Source of the DNA: Eledone cirrhosa
Taxonomy: Eukaryota
DNA: 64,000 bases
Reading direction: 5' to 3'
Assembly (NCBI GenBank): GCA_964016885.1
Contig: OZ024756.1
Coordinates: 12,586,001-12,650,000, forward strand
The notes beneath the pieces are model-generated. The model was not told where the DNA came from. It was given only the letters and a program-made list of their open reading frames with translations, and searched no databases. Made by a program: the position numbers and the translations under genes. Positions 12,484 through 25,501 of the stretch are shown here, in pieces. The first letter of the stretch is position 1. Each line of letters starts with the position of its first letter.

Positions 12484-12602
12484 TGCATGATAAACGGAAA
12501 AAATGAAACAAAATTTCATTTCTCACCCTTTGTTTACAAACACACCGAGCATTATAATAAGTGTTCGGTGAATCCATACGTACATATATATATGTGTGCA
12601 TG

Positions 12603-12662
<60 letters not shown>

Positions 12663-12878
12663 CTACTGTACGTCTGTATACATATGTGTATGTATGTATA
12701 CAGCCGTATGTATGTATACAGCCGTACTAAGAGTGAGAAATGAAATTTCGTTTCATTTTTTCCGTTTATCGTTTTCGGTGCACCCGGCCGATTAACTCAC
12801 TCGATATGCAAATTAGGCTGCTCAGCCGTTAATATGCATAAGGAAAGTATATACTTTCAGACGTTCAACCATCTGGCA

Positions 12879-12933
12879 GGAATGTATACGTTGCTGACGA
12901 TAGCTAATAAGCTTGAAACTAGTACAGCATTCC
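12879..12933 (+). ncRNA. type I hammerhead ribozyme
   Basis: GGAATG-tatacg-TTG / CTGACGA / T-AGCT-AATA-AGCT-T / GAAA-CTAG-TA / CAG-CATTCC. Confidence 0.75.
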
Positions 12934-13399
12934 TTTGTCAGTGTTGAACAAATGAGCAACGATGGTTGCTAGACACTGTACGGCTTAATACGGGAAGTTT
13001 GTTTACAAACACACCGAGCATTATAATAAATGTTCGGTGAATCCATACGTACATATATATATGTGTGCACGTATTTATATATATATATATACATACTACT
13101 GTACGTCTGTATACATATGTGTATGTACGTGTACATACTTATATTTAAGTAACAGCCGTACTAAGAGTGAGAAATGAAATTTTGTTTCATTTTTTCCGTT
13201 TATATATATATATATAAATGGAAAAAATGAAATTTCATTTCTCACTCTTAGTACGGCTGTCACCTTAAATAGAAGTATGTACACGTACATACATATATGT
13301 GTACAGACGTATGTATATTATCGTTTTCGGTACGCCCGGCCGACTAACTCACTCGATATGCAAATTAGACTGCTCAGCCGTTAATATGCATAAGGAAAG

Positions 13400-13853
13400 T
13401 GTAGTAAGAGTTGCCTCCCCTGCCACGACAATCGAATCGCTGTTCTCTAGACAGGAAGTAGGTGGAGTCGCTTCCCTTTGGGATTGACCAGACTCCCTAG
13501 TGGTCACTTCCGGTCAACAGATATAAAAGGAGCGGTTTACCACGAGATCTCTCTCTCGCCTCCTGATTCCTGAAGTGGTAACATCTTCGACCATAGCTTG
13601 TGATTCCTTCTGGACGACCCTTTCGTTACCAAGCACAATGCAGCTTGCAGCCTGAGATGAGAGCGCCAAGATGTTTCTACCAACTTCAGAATTGTATTAT
13701 TACCATCGGGTAACAAACCCTTATATTATATGCCTTTTGACTTCTATGAAGTAAAACTTTATTACACACACACACACCAGTATTTACTGTCTTTTATATT
13801 ATGTTGCATGTACACCGATACCTATTTCCTAAAGTGGTGACCCCCGACGTGAT
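13400..13853 (+). mobile_element. LTR of an LTR retrotransposon plus tRNA-Trp primer-binding site
   Basis: Starts TGTAGT; TATAAAA near 13522; AGTAAA near 13750; ends cctaaa-g-TGGTGACCC(C)CGACGTGAT, complementary to the 3' 18 nt of eukaryotic tRNA-Trp. Confidence 0.85.
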
Positions 13854-14160
13854 ATATACTTTCAAACATTCAATCGACTGACAGGAAGGTATACGGTGCT
13901 GATGACAGCTAGAAACTAGTTCATCGTTCCTTTGTCAGTGTTGAACAAAAGGGAAACGATGGTTGCTGAACACTGTACGGCTAATAATTTGGGCTGTTTG
14001 TTTACAAACAAACTGAGCATTATAATAAATGTTCGGTAAACCCATACGTACATATATATATGTGTGCATGTATGTATGTATATACATACTACTGTTCGTC
14101 TGTATACATATATGTATGTACGTATACATACTTATATATATATATATATATATATAGGAT

Positions 14161-14266
14161 AAAGTATGACACCAACGGCAGAGCTCAAGCCGTTTCGATG
14201 ACTATTTCTGGACTTCCAGAAATAGCTGTCGAAACGGGTGGAACTCTGCCGTCGGGGTCATACTTT
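14161..14266. repeat. fold-back palindrome (related fragments at 7392-7520 and 14267-14350)
   Basis: Imperfect 52-bp arms around a CT loop at 14213-14214. Confidence 0.85.
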
Positions 14267-14346
14267 TTATTACCCACTCTACTACCCTAAGTATTGAGTA
14301 CTCTGGTGCGTTATGGTCCATCTGGTTCCTTACCACAACTCCTTCG

Positions 14347-14379
<33 letters not shown>

Positions 14380-14382
<3 letters not shown>

Positions 14383-15090
14383 TGTTATATTTGGGGAAGG
14401 TCATATTGTTATAATATTGCCAGAAATAATAATAAAACACACTCACTACTTGGTTTGGATTGTTTTTCGCTTCTGTATATTTTATATCTCCATAGTTAAT
14501 TTAGCTGGCAATTAATGTTTATCATTGACCACCGATTAAAAATATATATATATATATAGTCTATCAAAGTTCTTTCACCACACACCCATGACATCATCAA
14601 TGGTAGTATTATGTCTACGCCATTTTTATTTTCATTTATTTATTTATTCATTCTTGTCTCTGTTTGCACACACGTTCATGTCTGAGTCTATATGTGTTTG
14701 TATTCTATCTTATTTCACTAGTGTGTGTTTATGTGTGGTTGTTGTTATTGTACCTGTGTATATTTATATTTACCTTAGGTCAGTATTGTGTGTTTGTGTA
14801 TAGTTGTTGTTATTCCATCCATTTTTTTCTGTTCAACTTTGGTTTTCTTAGTTCTATTTCAGTTGCTTCTCTGATTTGTCTACCTGTTGAGTCATTTCCA
14901 TGTTTTGATATTATTTTCATTTCTATGTTGTCCGTGGAAATGCTTTTGGAGTCTTGTCCACAGGGTGCAGCCCCATTACTGCCGTGTCCTAGGCCCAGAT
15001 CCCAATCACCCATCCCATTATTCTGTGACACTAGATTCCTTGCCTTTCCATATTTAACAGCTTGTCCTGCCGCATTAGAATCCAGCTAAC
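14380..15090 (-). mobile_element. Penelope-like element remnant: GIY-YIG C-terminus plus pLTR with degenerate hammerhead (14562-14605)
   Basis: IISKHGNDSTGRQIREATEIELRKPKLNR matches the R.I.EA..I...P.LN end of PLE endonucleases; the pLTR is repeated at 51875-52170. Confidence 0.65.
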
Positions 15091-15139
15091 AGTAAACAAG
15101 TGACTTATACGATGAATATGAACCACAAAGATGAAACAG

Positions 15140-18100
15140 ATAAAACCCAGTCTCTCACAATCAGTCATTATACCAATAAAACCCCTCACATTCAGTCATT
15201 ATACCAATAAAACAGTCTCTCACATTCAGTCATTATACCAATAAAACCCAGTCTCTCACATTCAGTCATTATACCAATAAAACCCCTCACATTCAGTCAT
15301 TATACCAATAAAACAGTCTCTCACATTCAGTCATTATACCAATAAAACCCAGTTTCTCACATTCACTCATTATACTAATAAAACAGTCTCTCACATTCAG
15401 TCATTATACCAATAAAACCCAGTCTCTCACATTCAGTCATTATACTAATAAAACCCAGTCTCTCACATTCAGTCATTATACCAATAAAACCCAGTCTCTC
15501 ACATTCAGTCATTATACCAATAAAACCCAGTCTCTCACATTCAGTCATTATACCAATAAAACCCAGTCTCTCACATTCAGTTATTATACTAATAAAACCC
15601 AGTCTCTCACATTCAGTCATTATACCAATAAAACCCAGTCTCTCACATTCAGTCATTATACCAATAAAACCTAGTCTCTCACATTCACTCATTATACTAA
15701 TAAAACAGTCTCTCACATTCAGTCATTATACCAATAAAACCCAGTCTCTCACATTCACTCATTATACCAATAAAACCCAGTCTCTCACATTCAGTCATTA
15801 TACTAATAAAACCCAGTCTCTCACATTCAGTCATTATACCAATAAAACAGTCTCTCACATTCAGTCATTATACTAATAAAACCCAGTCTCTCACATTCAG
15901 TCATTATACTAATAAAACCCAGTCTCTCACATTCAGTCATTATACTAATAAAACAGTCTCTCACATTCAGTCATTATACCAATAAAACCCAGTCTCTCAC
16001 ATTCAGTCATTATACTAATAAAACAGTCTCTCACATTCAGTCATTATACTAATAAAACCCAGTCTCTCACATTCAGTCATTATACCAATAAAACCCAGTC
16101 TCTCACATTCTGTCATTATACTAATAAAACAGTCTCTCACATTCAGTCATTATACTAATAAAACCCAGTCTCTCACATTCAGTCATTATACCAATAAAAC
16201 CCAGTCTCTCACATTCAGTCATTATACTAATAAAACAGTCTCTCACATTCAGTCATTATACCAATAAAACCCAGTCTCTCACATTCAGTCATTATACTAA
16301 TAAAACAGTCTCTCACATTCAGTCATTATACTAATAAAACCCAGTCTCTCACATTCAGTCATTATACTAAAAAAACCCAGTCTCTCACATTCAGTCATTA
16401 TACTAATAAAACAGTCTCTCACATTCAGTCATTATACTAATAAAACCCAGTCTCTCACATTCAGTCATTATACCAATAAAACCCGTCTCTCACATTCAGT
16501 CATTATACTAATAAAACCCAGTCTCTCACATTCAGTCATTATACCAATAAAACCCAGTCTCTCACATTCACTCATTATACCAATAAAACCCAGTCTCTCA
16601 CATTCAGTCATTATACTAATAAAACAGTCTCTCACATTCAGTCATTATACTAATAAAACCCAGTCTCTCACATTCAATCATTATACTAATAAAACCCAGT
16701 CTCTCACATTCAGTCATTATACTAATAAAACAGTCTCTCACATTCACTCATTATACCAATAAAACCCAGTCTCTCACATTCAGTCATTATACCAATAAAA
16801 CAGTCTCTCACATTCAGTCATTATACCAATAAAACCCAGTCTCTCACATTCAGTCATTATACCAATAAAACCCAGTCTCTCACATTCAGTCATTATACTA
16901 ATAAAACCAGTAATGTTATACTAATAAAGTACCAGTAATTCACATTCAGTCATTATACCAATAAAACAGTCTCTCACATTCACTCATTATACCAATAAAA
17001 CCCAGTCTCTCACATTCAGTCATTATACTAATAAAACAGTCTCTCACATTCAGTCATTATACTAATAAAACCCAGTCTCTCACATTCAATCATTATACTA
17101 ATAAAACCCAGTCTCTCACATTCAGTCATTATACCAATAAAACAGTCTCTCACATTCAGTCATTATACTAATAAAACCCAGTCTCTCACATTCACTCATT
17201 ATACCAATAAAACCCAGTCTCTCACATTCAGTCATTATACCAATAAAACCCAGTCTCTCACATTCACTCATTATACCAATAAAACCCAGTCTCTCACATT
17301 CAGTCATTATACTAATAAAACAGTCTCTCACATTCAGTCATTATACTAATAAAACCCAGTCTCTCACATTCAATCATTATACTAATAAAACCCAGTCTCT
17401 CACATTCAGTCATTATACTAATAAAACAGTCTCTCACATTCACTCATTATACCAATAAAACCCAGTTTCTCACATTCAGTCATTATACCAATAAAACAGT
17501 CTCTCACATTCAGTCATTATACCAATAAAACCCAGTCTCTCACATTCAGTCATTATACTAATAAAACCAGTAATGTTATACTAATAAAGTACCAGTAATT
17601 CACATTCAGTCATTATACCAATAAAACAGTCTCTCACATTCAGTCATTATACTAATAAAACCCAATCTCTCACATTCACTCATTATACCAATAAAACCCG
17701 TCTCTCACATTCAGTCATTATACTAATAAAACCCAGTCTCTCACATTCAGTCATTATACTAATAAAACCCAGTCTCTCACATTCACTCATTATACCAATA
17801 AAACCCAGTCTCTCACATTCAGTCATTATACTAATAAAACAGTCTCTCACATTCACTCATTATACCAATAAAACCCAGTCTCTCACATTCAGTCATTATA
17901 CTAATAAAACAGTCTCTCACATTCACTCATTATACCAATAAAACCCAGTCTCTCACATTCAGTCATTATACTAATAAAACAGTCTCTCACATTCACTCAT
18001 TATACTAATAAAACAGTCTCTCACATTCAGTCATTATACCAATAAAACCCAGTCTCTCACATTCAGTCATTATACTAATAAAACCCAGTCTCTCACATTC

Positions 18101-19553
18101 ACTCATTATACCAATAAAACCCAGTCTCTCACATTCACTCATTATACCAATAAAACCCAGTCTCTCACATTCAGTCATTATACCAATAAAACCCAGTCTC
18201 TCACATTCACTCATTATACCAATAAAACCCAGTCTCTCACATTCAGTCATTATACTAATAAAACAGTCTCTCACATTCAGTCATTATACCAATAAAACCC
18301 AGTCTCTCACATTCAGTCATTATACCAATAAAACAGTCTCTCACATTCAGTCATTATACCAATAAAACCCAGTCTCTCACATTCAGTCATTATACTAATA
18401 AAACCCAGTCTCTCACATTCACTCATTATACCAATAAAACCCAGTCTCTCACATTCAGTCATTATACTAATAAAACCCAGTCTCTCACATTCACTCATTA
18501 TACCAATAAAACCCAGTCTCTCACATTCAGTCATTATACCAATAAAACCCAGTCTCTCACATTCACTCATTATACTAATAAAACCCAGTCTCTCACATTC
18601 ACTCATTATACCAATAAAACCCAGTCTCTCACATTCAGTCATTATACCAATAAAACCCAGTCTCTCACATTCAGTCATTATACCAATAAAACCCAGTCTC
18701 TCACATTCACTCATTATACTAATAAAACCCAGTCTCTCACATTCAGTCATTATACCAATAAAACCCAGTCTCTCACATTCAGTCATTATACCAATAAAAC
18801 CCAGTCTCTCACATTCACTCATTATACTAATAAAACCCAGTCTCTCACATTCACTCATTATACCAATAAAACCCAGTCTCTCACATTCAGTCATTATACC
18901 AATATAACCCAGTCTCTCACATTCAGTCATTATACCAATAAAACCCAGTCTCTCACATTCACTCATTATACCAATAAAACCCAGTCTCTCACATTCAGTC
19001 ATTATACCAATAAAACCCAGTCTCTCACATTCACTCATTATACTAATAAAACCCAGTCTCTCACATTCACTCATTATACCAATAAAACCCAGTCTCTCAC
19101 ATTCACTCATTATACCAATAAAACAGTCTCTCACATTCAGTCATTATACCAATAAAACAGTCTCTCACATTCAGTCATTCGGAGGATTGGCAGTATCGGT
19201 AGAGGGTCGGACGCCATGCTTTCCAGCATAGTTACGTCCCTTTACGATCTGAGTTCAAATCCCGCCGAGGTTGACTTTGCCTTTCATCCTTACGGGGTCG
19301 ATAAAATAAAGTACCAGTAATGCACTGTGTAATTGCTGGCCTTGTGCCAAACGTAGAAACAATTATACTAATAAAAGCCAGTCTCTCACATTCAGTCATT
19401 ATACCAATAAAACAGTCACTCACATTCAGTCATTATACTAATAAAACCCAGTCTCTCACATTTACTCATTATACTAATAAAACCCAGTCTCTCACATTTA
19501 CTCATTATACCAATAAAACAGTCTCTCACATTCAGTCATTATACCAATAAAAC
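15140..19553. repeat. 36/34-bp satellite
   Basis: Unit cagtcattataccaataaaa(cc)cagtctctcacatt over about 4.4 kb. Confidence 0.99.
19180..19365 (+). mobile_element. SINE family A inserted in the satellite
   Basis: Near-full copy interrupting a monomer at catt|atac. Confidence 0.9.
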
Positions 19554-19663
19554 CACTGGTAATGAGGTAATTATATTGTATTGTTTTATTATACATTATA
19601 TATATATATATATATATATATACGATATTAAATAAATGGAAATTATATTTATAAAACCATATT

Positions 19664-19729
19664 TATTTCATTATATATATTTCAGGGATATCATATTAAC
19701 AATATGTTATGCCTTCTTCAGACAAAATA
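19664..19729 (-). ncRNA. type I hammerhead ribozyme
   Basis: - strand: TATTTTGT / CTGAAGA / AGGCATAACATATT-GTT-AATATGATATCCCT / GAAA-TATATA-TA / ATGAAATA. Confidence 0.75.
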
Positions 19730-19807
19730 CAATATAGACAGTCTTATAAATAAATAGATTCGACATACCTTTCAACATCGACTTGCATTTGAAAAGTTGA
19801 TTTGGCA

Positions 19808-19842
<35 letters not shown>

Positions 19843-20431
19843 CCCGGTGGGAGCTGTTATATACCCCCCCCCCCCACACACACACATATATATTTATATA
19901 TAAAGTGCGTTTAGTTGTATGGATTCTATTAAAAAATAAAACAGATACGGGTAAGCGATATGAAAAAAAAAGAGAGATGTAGAGTTGTCTGACAAGAGTC
20001 ATCTCCCTTATATGAGTGGCAGTCAGCAACAAGTTATTAGTTGAGTCATTAAAATAAAATGACATTTGTTGATTAGGTCAGTGAATAATAGATTGCCAAA
20101 GATGACTTTATTTTTGTATTTTTTCCATCCACTTTATTGATTTCATGACTGATAATGTTGGTGCTAGTATGGAGTTTCAAATTTCTCGTTATTGAACTAT
20201 CGATCTTTTATATAAACCAACAACGCCTTAGATTTATTTATACAACAGAAAGAAAAAGGAAATTTTGTTACAAAAAAACCCCATCGCCGTTTATGGAGGG
20301 TATCAGCCAGGCTCAATACCAGTAATCTCATCAATATTGAGGAAAATATATTTATACCGAATTCCAGAAAACACAATTCTCTATGCATTCGGTTTATTTA
20401 ATAAGCGCAAGACTATGTATGTATGTATGAG

Positions 20432-21162
20432 AGATGACCCCTTAGCCTTTGTCAAGGCAGATTTCTAGGAGATGGAAAACTCTGATATAACACCTGCAAC
20501 TCTGATGGTATCCAATGATGTTGACTTGTTCTTCTTTTTGGTAAATATCATCTTGGTTAAGAGAGTGGGACTGGCTTTGTGCAGTGCCTTTGCTCACTAT
20601 AAAAGCTTCACGGCACAGGCATTGCTTTATATCTGGAGATCTCTCTGCACTTGTCGTCATATGGTACCATGGGCCCAGCACTATGTGTCAATAATTGTCA
20701 CAAGTGTAATGTTTCTACCAGAGTTTTCAAGTCGCTGGCTGGACTAAGAAGTCACACTCGTTCAGCGCATCGGCAGGGGTTCTCCTACATGGATATAAAG
20801 TAGTGGCCGTACTCGAAAACGAGTTGGCAGCCACCATGTATGTATGTACGTATGTATGTATTTTTGGTAAATATCATCTTGGTTAAGAGAGTGGGACTGG
20901 CTTTGTGCAGTGCCTTTGCTCACTATAAAAGCTTCACAGCACAGGCATTGCTTTATATCTGGAGATCTCTCTGCACTTGTTGTCACATGGTACCATGGGC
21001 CCAGCACTATGTGTCAGTGATTGTCACAAGTGTAGTGTTTGAACCAGAGTTTTCAAGTCGCTGGCTGGACTAAGAAGTCACACTCGTTCAGCGCATCGGC
21101 AGGGGTTCTCCTACATGGATATAAAGTAGTGACCATACTCGAAAACGAGTTGGCAGCCACCA
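20432..21162 (+). mobile_element. RTE-like 5'UTR/non-autonomous element with about 300-bp tandem duplication (related - strand copies at 52725-52945 and 53300-53495)
   Basis: 20534-20836 is repeated at 20861-21162; shared gacccc(t)tagcctttgtcaaggc...taggaga motif. Confidence 0.55.
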
Positions 21163-21182
21163 TATATGTATGTATGTATGTG

Positions 21183-21229
<47 letters not shown>

Positions 21230-21235
<6 letters not shown>

Positions 21236-22380
21236 TCTGAAAGTACAGTAGCTAGAGTCAGAACTGGATGGAAAAAGTTCAGAGAGCTTATACCACTATT
21301 AGCCGCTAAAGGGTTCTCCCTAAAAATGAAAGGCAGGTTGTATGATGCCTGCATACGAACAGCAATGTTGCATGGCAGTGAGACCTGGGTATTGTGTGCA
21401 GAGGATATACGCAGACTAGAGAGGAACGAAGCTTGCATCCTCCGCTGGATGTGTAATAGTAATATACGTGAACGGCAAAGCATAAACGAACTAAGGAAAA
21501 AATTAGAAATAAGAGGGATCAGATGTTGTTTACTCGAGAGAAGGCTACGTTGGTATGGTCACGTGATGCGCATGAAAGACGATAGCTGTATAACAAAGTG
21601 CAGGGCAATAAAGATAGACGGTAGCCACGGAGTAGGCAGACCCAGAAAAACCTGGGATGAGCTGATAAATTCCGACCTCACACACACCTCTCCAAGACAA
21701 TGTCACTGGACCGAGACCTTTGGCAGTACTCAGTAATAGAGAAGACCCGCCTTACCTAAATACAAAGTAAAACCTACTACAGTCAGTAGGCATCTCTAAC
21801 AAAATACACCCCCGTCCCACCACCCCCACCCCATCCACACCGCCCCTTTCAATGTAAAGTTATGTTGGTGCCACAACATCCAGGCCGAAACAAATGAGAT
21901 CGTGTAGGTGTCACGACAAAAAACACACAGTCCACGCTGTAAAGTGGCCGTGTAGGCAACACGGTAAAAACCTCCCAGCCCCACACTGTAAATGTGGTTG
22001 GTGTTAGGAAGGGCATCCAGCTGTAGAAAACCCGCCAGACAGTCCACGCTGTAATGTGGCTGTGTAGGCAACACGGTAAAAACCTCCCAGCCCCACACTG
22101 TAAATGTGGTTGGTGTTAGGAAGGGCATCCAGCTGTAGAAAACCCGCCAGACAGTCCACGCTGTAATGTGGCTGTGTAGGCAACACGGTAAAAACCTCCC
22201 AGCCCCACACTGTAAATGTGGTTGGTGTTAGGAAGGGCATCCAGCTGTAGAAAACCCGCCAGACAGTCCTATGCGAGCAAGACAATCACTCTTGCCTCAA
22301 GTGGTAAAACCCCCGTCCAAACCCATGCAAGCGTGGAACACGGACGTTAAACGTTGATGATGATGATGATGATGATGATA
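21230..22380 (+). mobile_element. 5'-truncated RTE LINE with 3'UTR (112-bp x3 repeat at 21928-22269) and (GAT)n tail
   Basis: KGRLYDACIRTAMLHGSETW...RRLRWYGHVMRM...GRPRKTWDE; tail gttaaacgttgatgatgat. Confidence 0.92.
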
Positions 22381-22390
22381 TGTATATATA

Positions 22391-23405
22391 CTAGACGAAT
22401 TACCCGCGCTTTGCTGCGTTTCACACATTTCTTTTGTAAGAAAATGATGATTGATTTTAAATCAGTACTATAATTTATGGAGAAAAACTCTGCATTTCAA
22501 TATTACTCAATGTAAAATATAATGCATGAAAAATTGGAAAACATCTTTTGTAATATATCAAATCAAAATTACATTATTAAATCTTATTCTTATTTTGTTT
22601 CTTGTAAATCATTTTTTTCAAAATATCAATTCAAAACTTGATCATTTCATTTTTGTGTAAAACATTATTTTCAAATTCAAATTAGAAATTCAAAGTTTAA
22701 TTATTTATTTTTTTAACATAATAAATATATGAAAACATATTTCATACTTTGTCCTAATGAAGAACTTCAGGGTAAACAACATTTCTTGATTGGCTAAAAT
22801 GTAGAGGTTTTTTGAAGTTTGAGTCCTTGAAACAGCCATATAAAACATGCGATGACTGAAACATGGGTTTGTCAGATCTATACCAATAGTTTTGAAAGTT
22901 TGACCTTGACTCTTATTGATGCTCATAGCAAAGCATAGCCTCACTGGGAACTGCAGCCTCTTAAATGTAAAAGGTAACTCGCTATCACTTGGTATAAGTG
23001 AAATCCTCGGAATGAGAAGAGCTTGACCTTTTTAAGCCCCGAATATAATGGTTGCTTCAATCAAGTTCTCATGCAATCTTGTTACAACACATTTTGTTCC
23101 ATTTATTGGCCAAAATTTTCACTATAGGGGGTTTAACCCCCATTAGGGTGTTTTAATAATATTGAAATTTGCTGAAATTTTGTGAATAGGCATCATATCT
23201 TGTCATTTACCTATGGTTTAAATTTCATATAAATCAAACATAAAAAATTTTCAGGGGTTTGATTAAAATGAAATATACTTATCCAAATACCCTGGGCAAT
23301 GTAGTTTCAGAATATATATGGTTATGGGGATCTATCTCCAAAACCATAGGAGGAGTTCGTGAACAAACAAACAAAAAAACAGACAAGAACTACAACTTTA
23401 TATAT
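22391..23405 (-). mobile_element. Helitron deletion derivative with Pif1 helicase C-terminal remnant (about 22750-23100)
   Basis: IPRISLIPSDSELPFTFKRLQFPVRLCFAMSINKSQGQTF...PCFSH...AVSR; 3' hairpin plus CTAG|T at 22390-22420. Confidence 0.88.
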
Positions 23406-23479
23406 GTATATATATATATATATATGGCGATACTCGATAACAAGGGGGCAGCCATGATATATTTCATTTGGTATATATC

Positions 23480-23770
23480 ACCATCATCATCATCATCATT
23501 TAACATTCATCTTCCACGCTAGCATGGGTAGGACAGGCTGTCCCTTAGTGAGAGATCAGGTCAGGGAACTGTCATTCGTTCACACAGAACTGATTTGGGC
23601 TCAGTTTCTACGGCTGGATGCCCTTCCTAATGCCAACCATATTTACAGTGCGCTGAGTGCTTTTTTTGCTGTGACACCTGCACGACCACTTTACAGTGTG
23701 GACTGGGCGCTCGCTTTTGTCAAGAGACCTACATGACCATTACAGTGTGGACTGGGCTCTTTTGTCGTGG
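23480..23770 (-). mobile_element. RTE-tail SINE/LINE 3' fragment
   Basis: (CAT)n tail and ggctggatgcccttcctaa motif shared with the RTE 3'UTR. Confidence 0.75.
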
Positions 23771-23957
23771 TTTCAGGGGGAATCACTTTATAGGAGAGGT
23801 TGGAAACTTGGGAGGGTGGGGATGGTACTTTGGGAAACTGGGGACGTAGATATAGGGGAGGTTTATGGGAGGGAAGATGGTAAGGAATGTTGTTGCAAAC
23901 TAGGTAGATGCCTTAGCCCAAGAATAATAGCGGGCAGGTCTTCTGTTTATATATATA

Positions 23958-24352
23958 TATCATCATCATCACCGTTTTACATCCGTTCTTCCACACTAGC
24001 ATGGGTTAGATGGGTTGTCCTGTTGTGGGCAGTGTCCGGTCGGCTGACCTTGTCTTGCTCATACAGGAACTGATTCTGGCTTGATTTCTACAGCTGGATG
24101 CCCTTCCTAACACCAACCTCATTTACAGTGAGTGCTGGGTGCTTTTTTGCCATGGCACCTCCACGACCACTTTGCAGTGGAATGATATGGACCCCAGTCC
24201 CTATCATCTCATTTCTACAGCTGAGTAAACTGGAGCAATGTGAAATAAAGTGTCTTGCTCAAGGAAACAACACATCACCCGGTCTGAGAATTGAACTCAC
24301 AACCTTTTGATTGCAAGCCCAATGCTCTAACCACTAAGCCATGTACTTTCAC
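23958..24352 (-). mobile_element. tRNA-derived SINE family B with RTE-type 3' tail
   Basis: Head tggcttagtggttagagc...gagttcaattc; body ttgagcaagacacttta; near-identical copy at 34277-34767. Confidence 0.9.
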
Positions 24353-24689
24353 ATATATATATATATTAGGATTGGTGCTCTGAAATAGCGATGTATACAT
24401 GAATGTATGTATAGTATATTTGGCAATATGCCGTATGTTTAATTAAAAACATTTAGAAGACCTTACGCTATCAGTTTTAAAGTAGGGGCTATGCCACTTA
24501 CATCTTTTCGGCGAAAATAGCTTTTATATAACACATCGAACAATAATGATAAGGAAAAAAATTCAATTCACCATCAAGTGTGATAATCGGCTGCACCTCA
24601 CACCTTAGGGGTTAACTACACACTTTCAGGCAAGCCATTGTACTCACAGCATTACCACAGGTGATGGCACCGCTAAGGCGCTGAAACAA

Positions 24690-25501
24690 CCAGGTACTCT
24701 CATGGGCATCACCTGGCACCTCAATAACATTTTTTTCACGCTCAGAGTTGCTGAAGCATGGAACAAACTACCTGCATCAGTTATTAGCTGTCGAGACACT
24801 GCAGCCTTTAAAACCTCCATGGAACAAACTACCTGCATCAGTTGTTAGCTGTCGAGACACTGCATCCTTTGAAACCTCCATGGAACAAACTACCTGCATC
24901 AGTTGTTAGCTGTCGAGACACTGCAGCCTTTAAAACCTCCATGGAACAAACTACCTGCATCAGTTGTTAGCTGTAGAGACACTGCATCCTTTAAAACCTC
25001 CATGGAACAAACTACCTGCATCAGTTGTTAGCTGTAGAGACACTGCAGCCTTTAAAACCTCCATGGAACAAACTACCTGCATCAGTTGTTAGCTGTCGAG
25101 ACACTGCAGCCTTTAAAACCTCCATGGAACAAACTACCTGCATCAGTTGTTAGCTGTCGAGACACTGCAGCCTTTAAAACCTCCATGGAACAAACTACCT
25201 GCATCAGTTATTAGCTGTTGAGACACTGCATCCTTTAAAACCTCCATGGAACAAACTACCTGCATCAGTTATTAGCTGTTGAGACACTGCATCCTTTAAA
25301 ATCTCAATGCTTCCTGAGATTTGCTAACACTACACCTAATATTCCGCCTCCATACACACACACACATGTATTTCATGACTCATACACTATTCACTTCCCT
25401 GACATTTGTATATTATTCTATGTACTATACATGCACCTTTGACGAGTTGTAGTGCACCTGAGCACTGTACACAATAATTTCATTATTATTATTATTATTA
25501 T
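24690..25501 (+). mobile_element. CR1/L2-group LINE 3' end with internal 61-bp x9 tandem amplification and (ATT)n tail
   Basis: FFTLRVAEAWNKLPASVISCRDTAAFKTS; units run 24758-25306. Confidence 0.85.

Larger units (their letters stand above)
12490..14135 (+). mobile_element. tandem array of about 470-bp hammerhead-containing units (Penelope pLTR / non-LTR retrozyme-like)
   Basis: The unit landmark tgtttacaaaca recurs at 12531, 13000 and 13999. Hammerhead motifs at 12879-12933 and 13884-13930; inverted pieces at 12490-12528 and 13217-13311. Confidence 0.75.

Noticed and set aside
15140-19553. 36-bp repeat array as CRISPR, or a CERLGFIGIMTE repeat protein
   Set aside because: No unique spacers, no cas genes, eukaryotic context. 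The ORFs are satellite read-throughs broken by 34-bp units.
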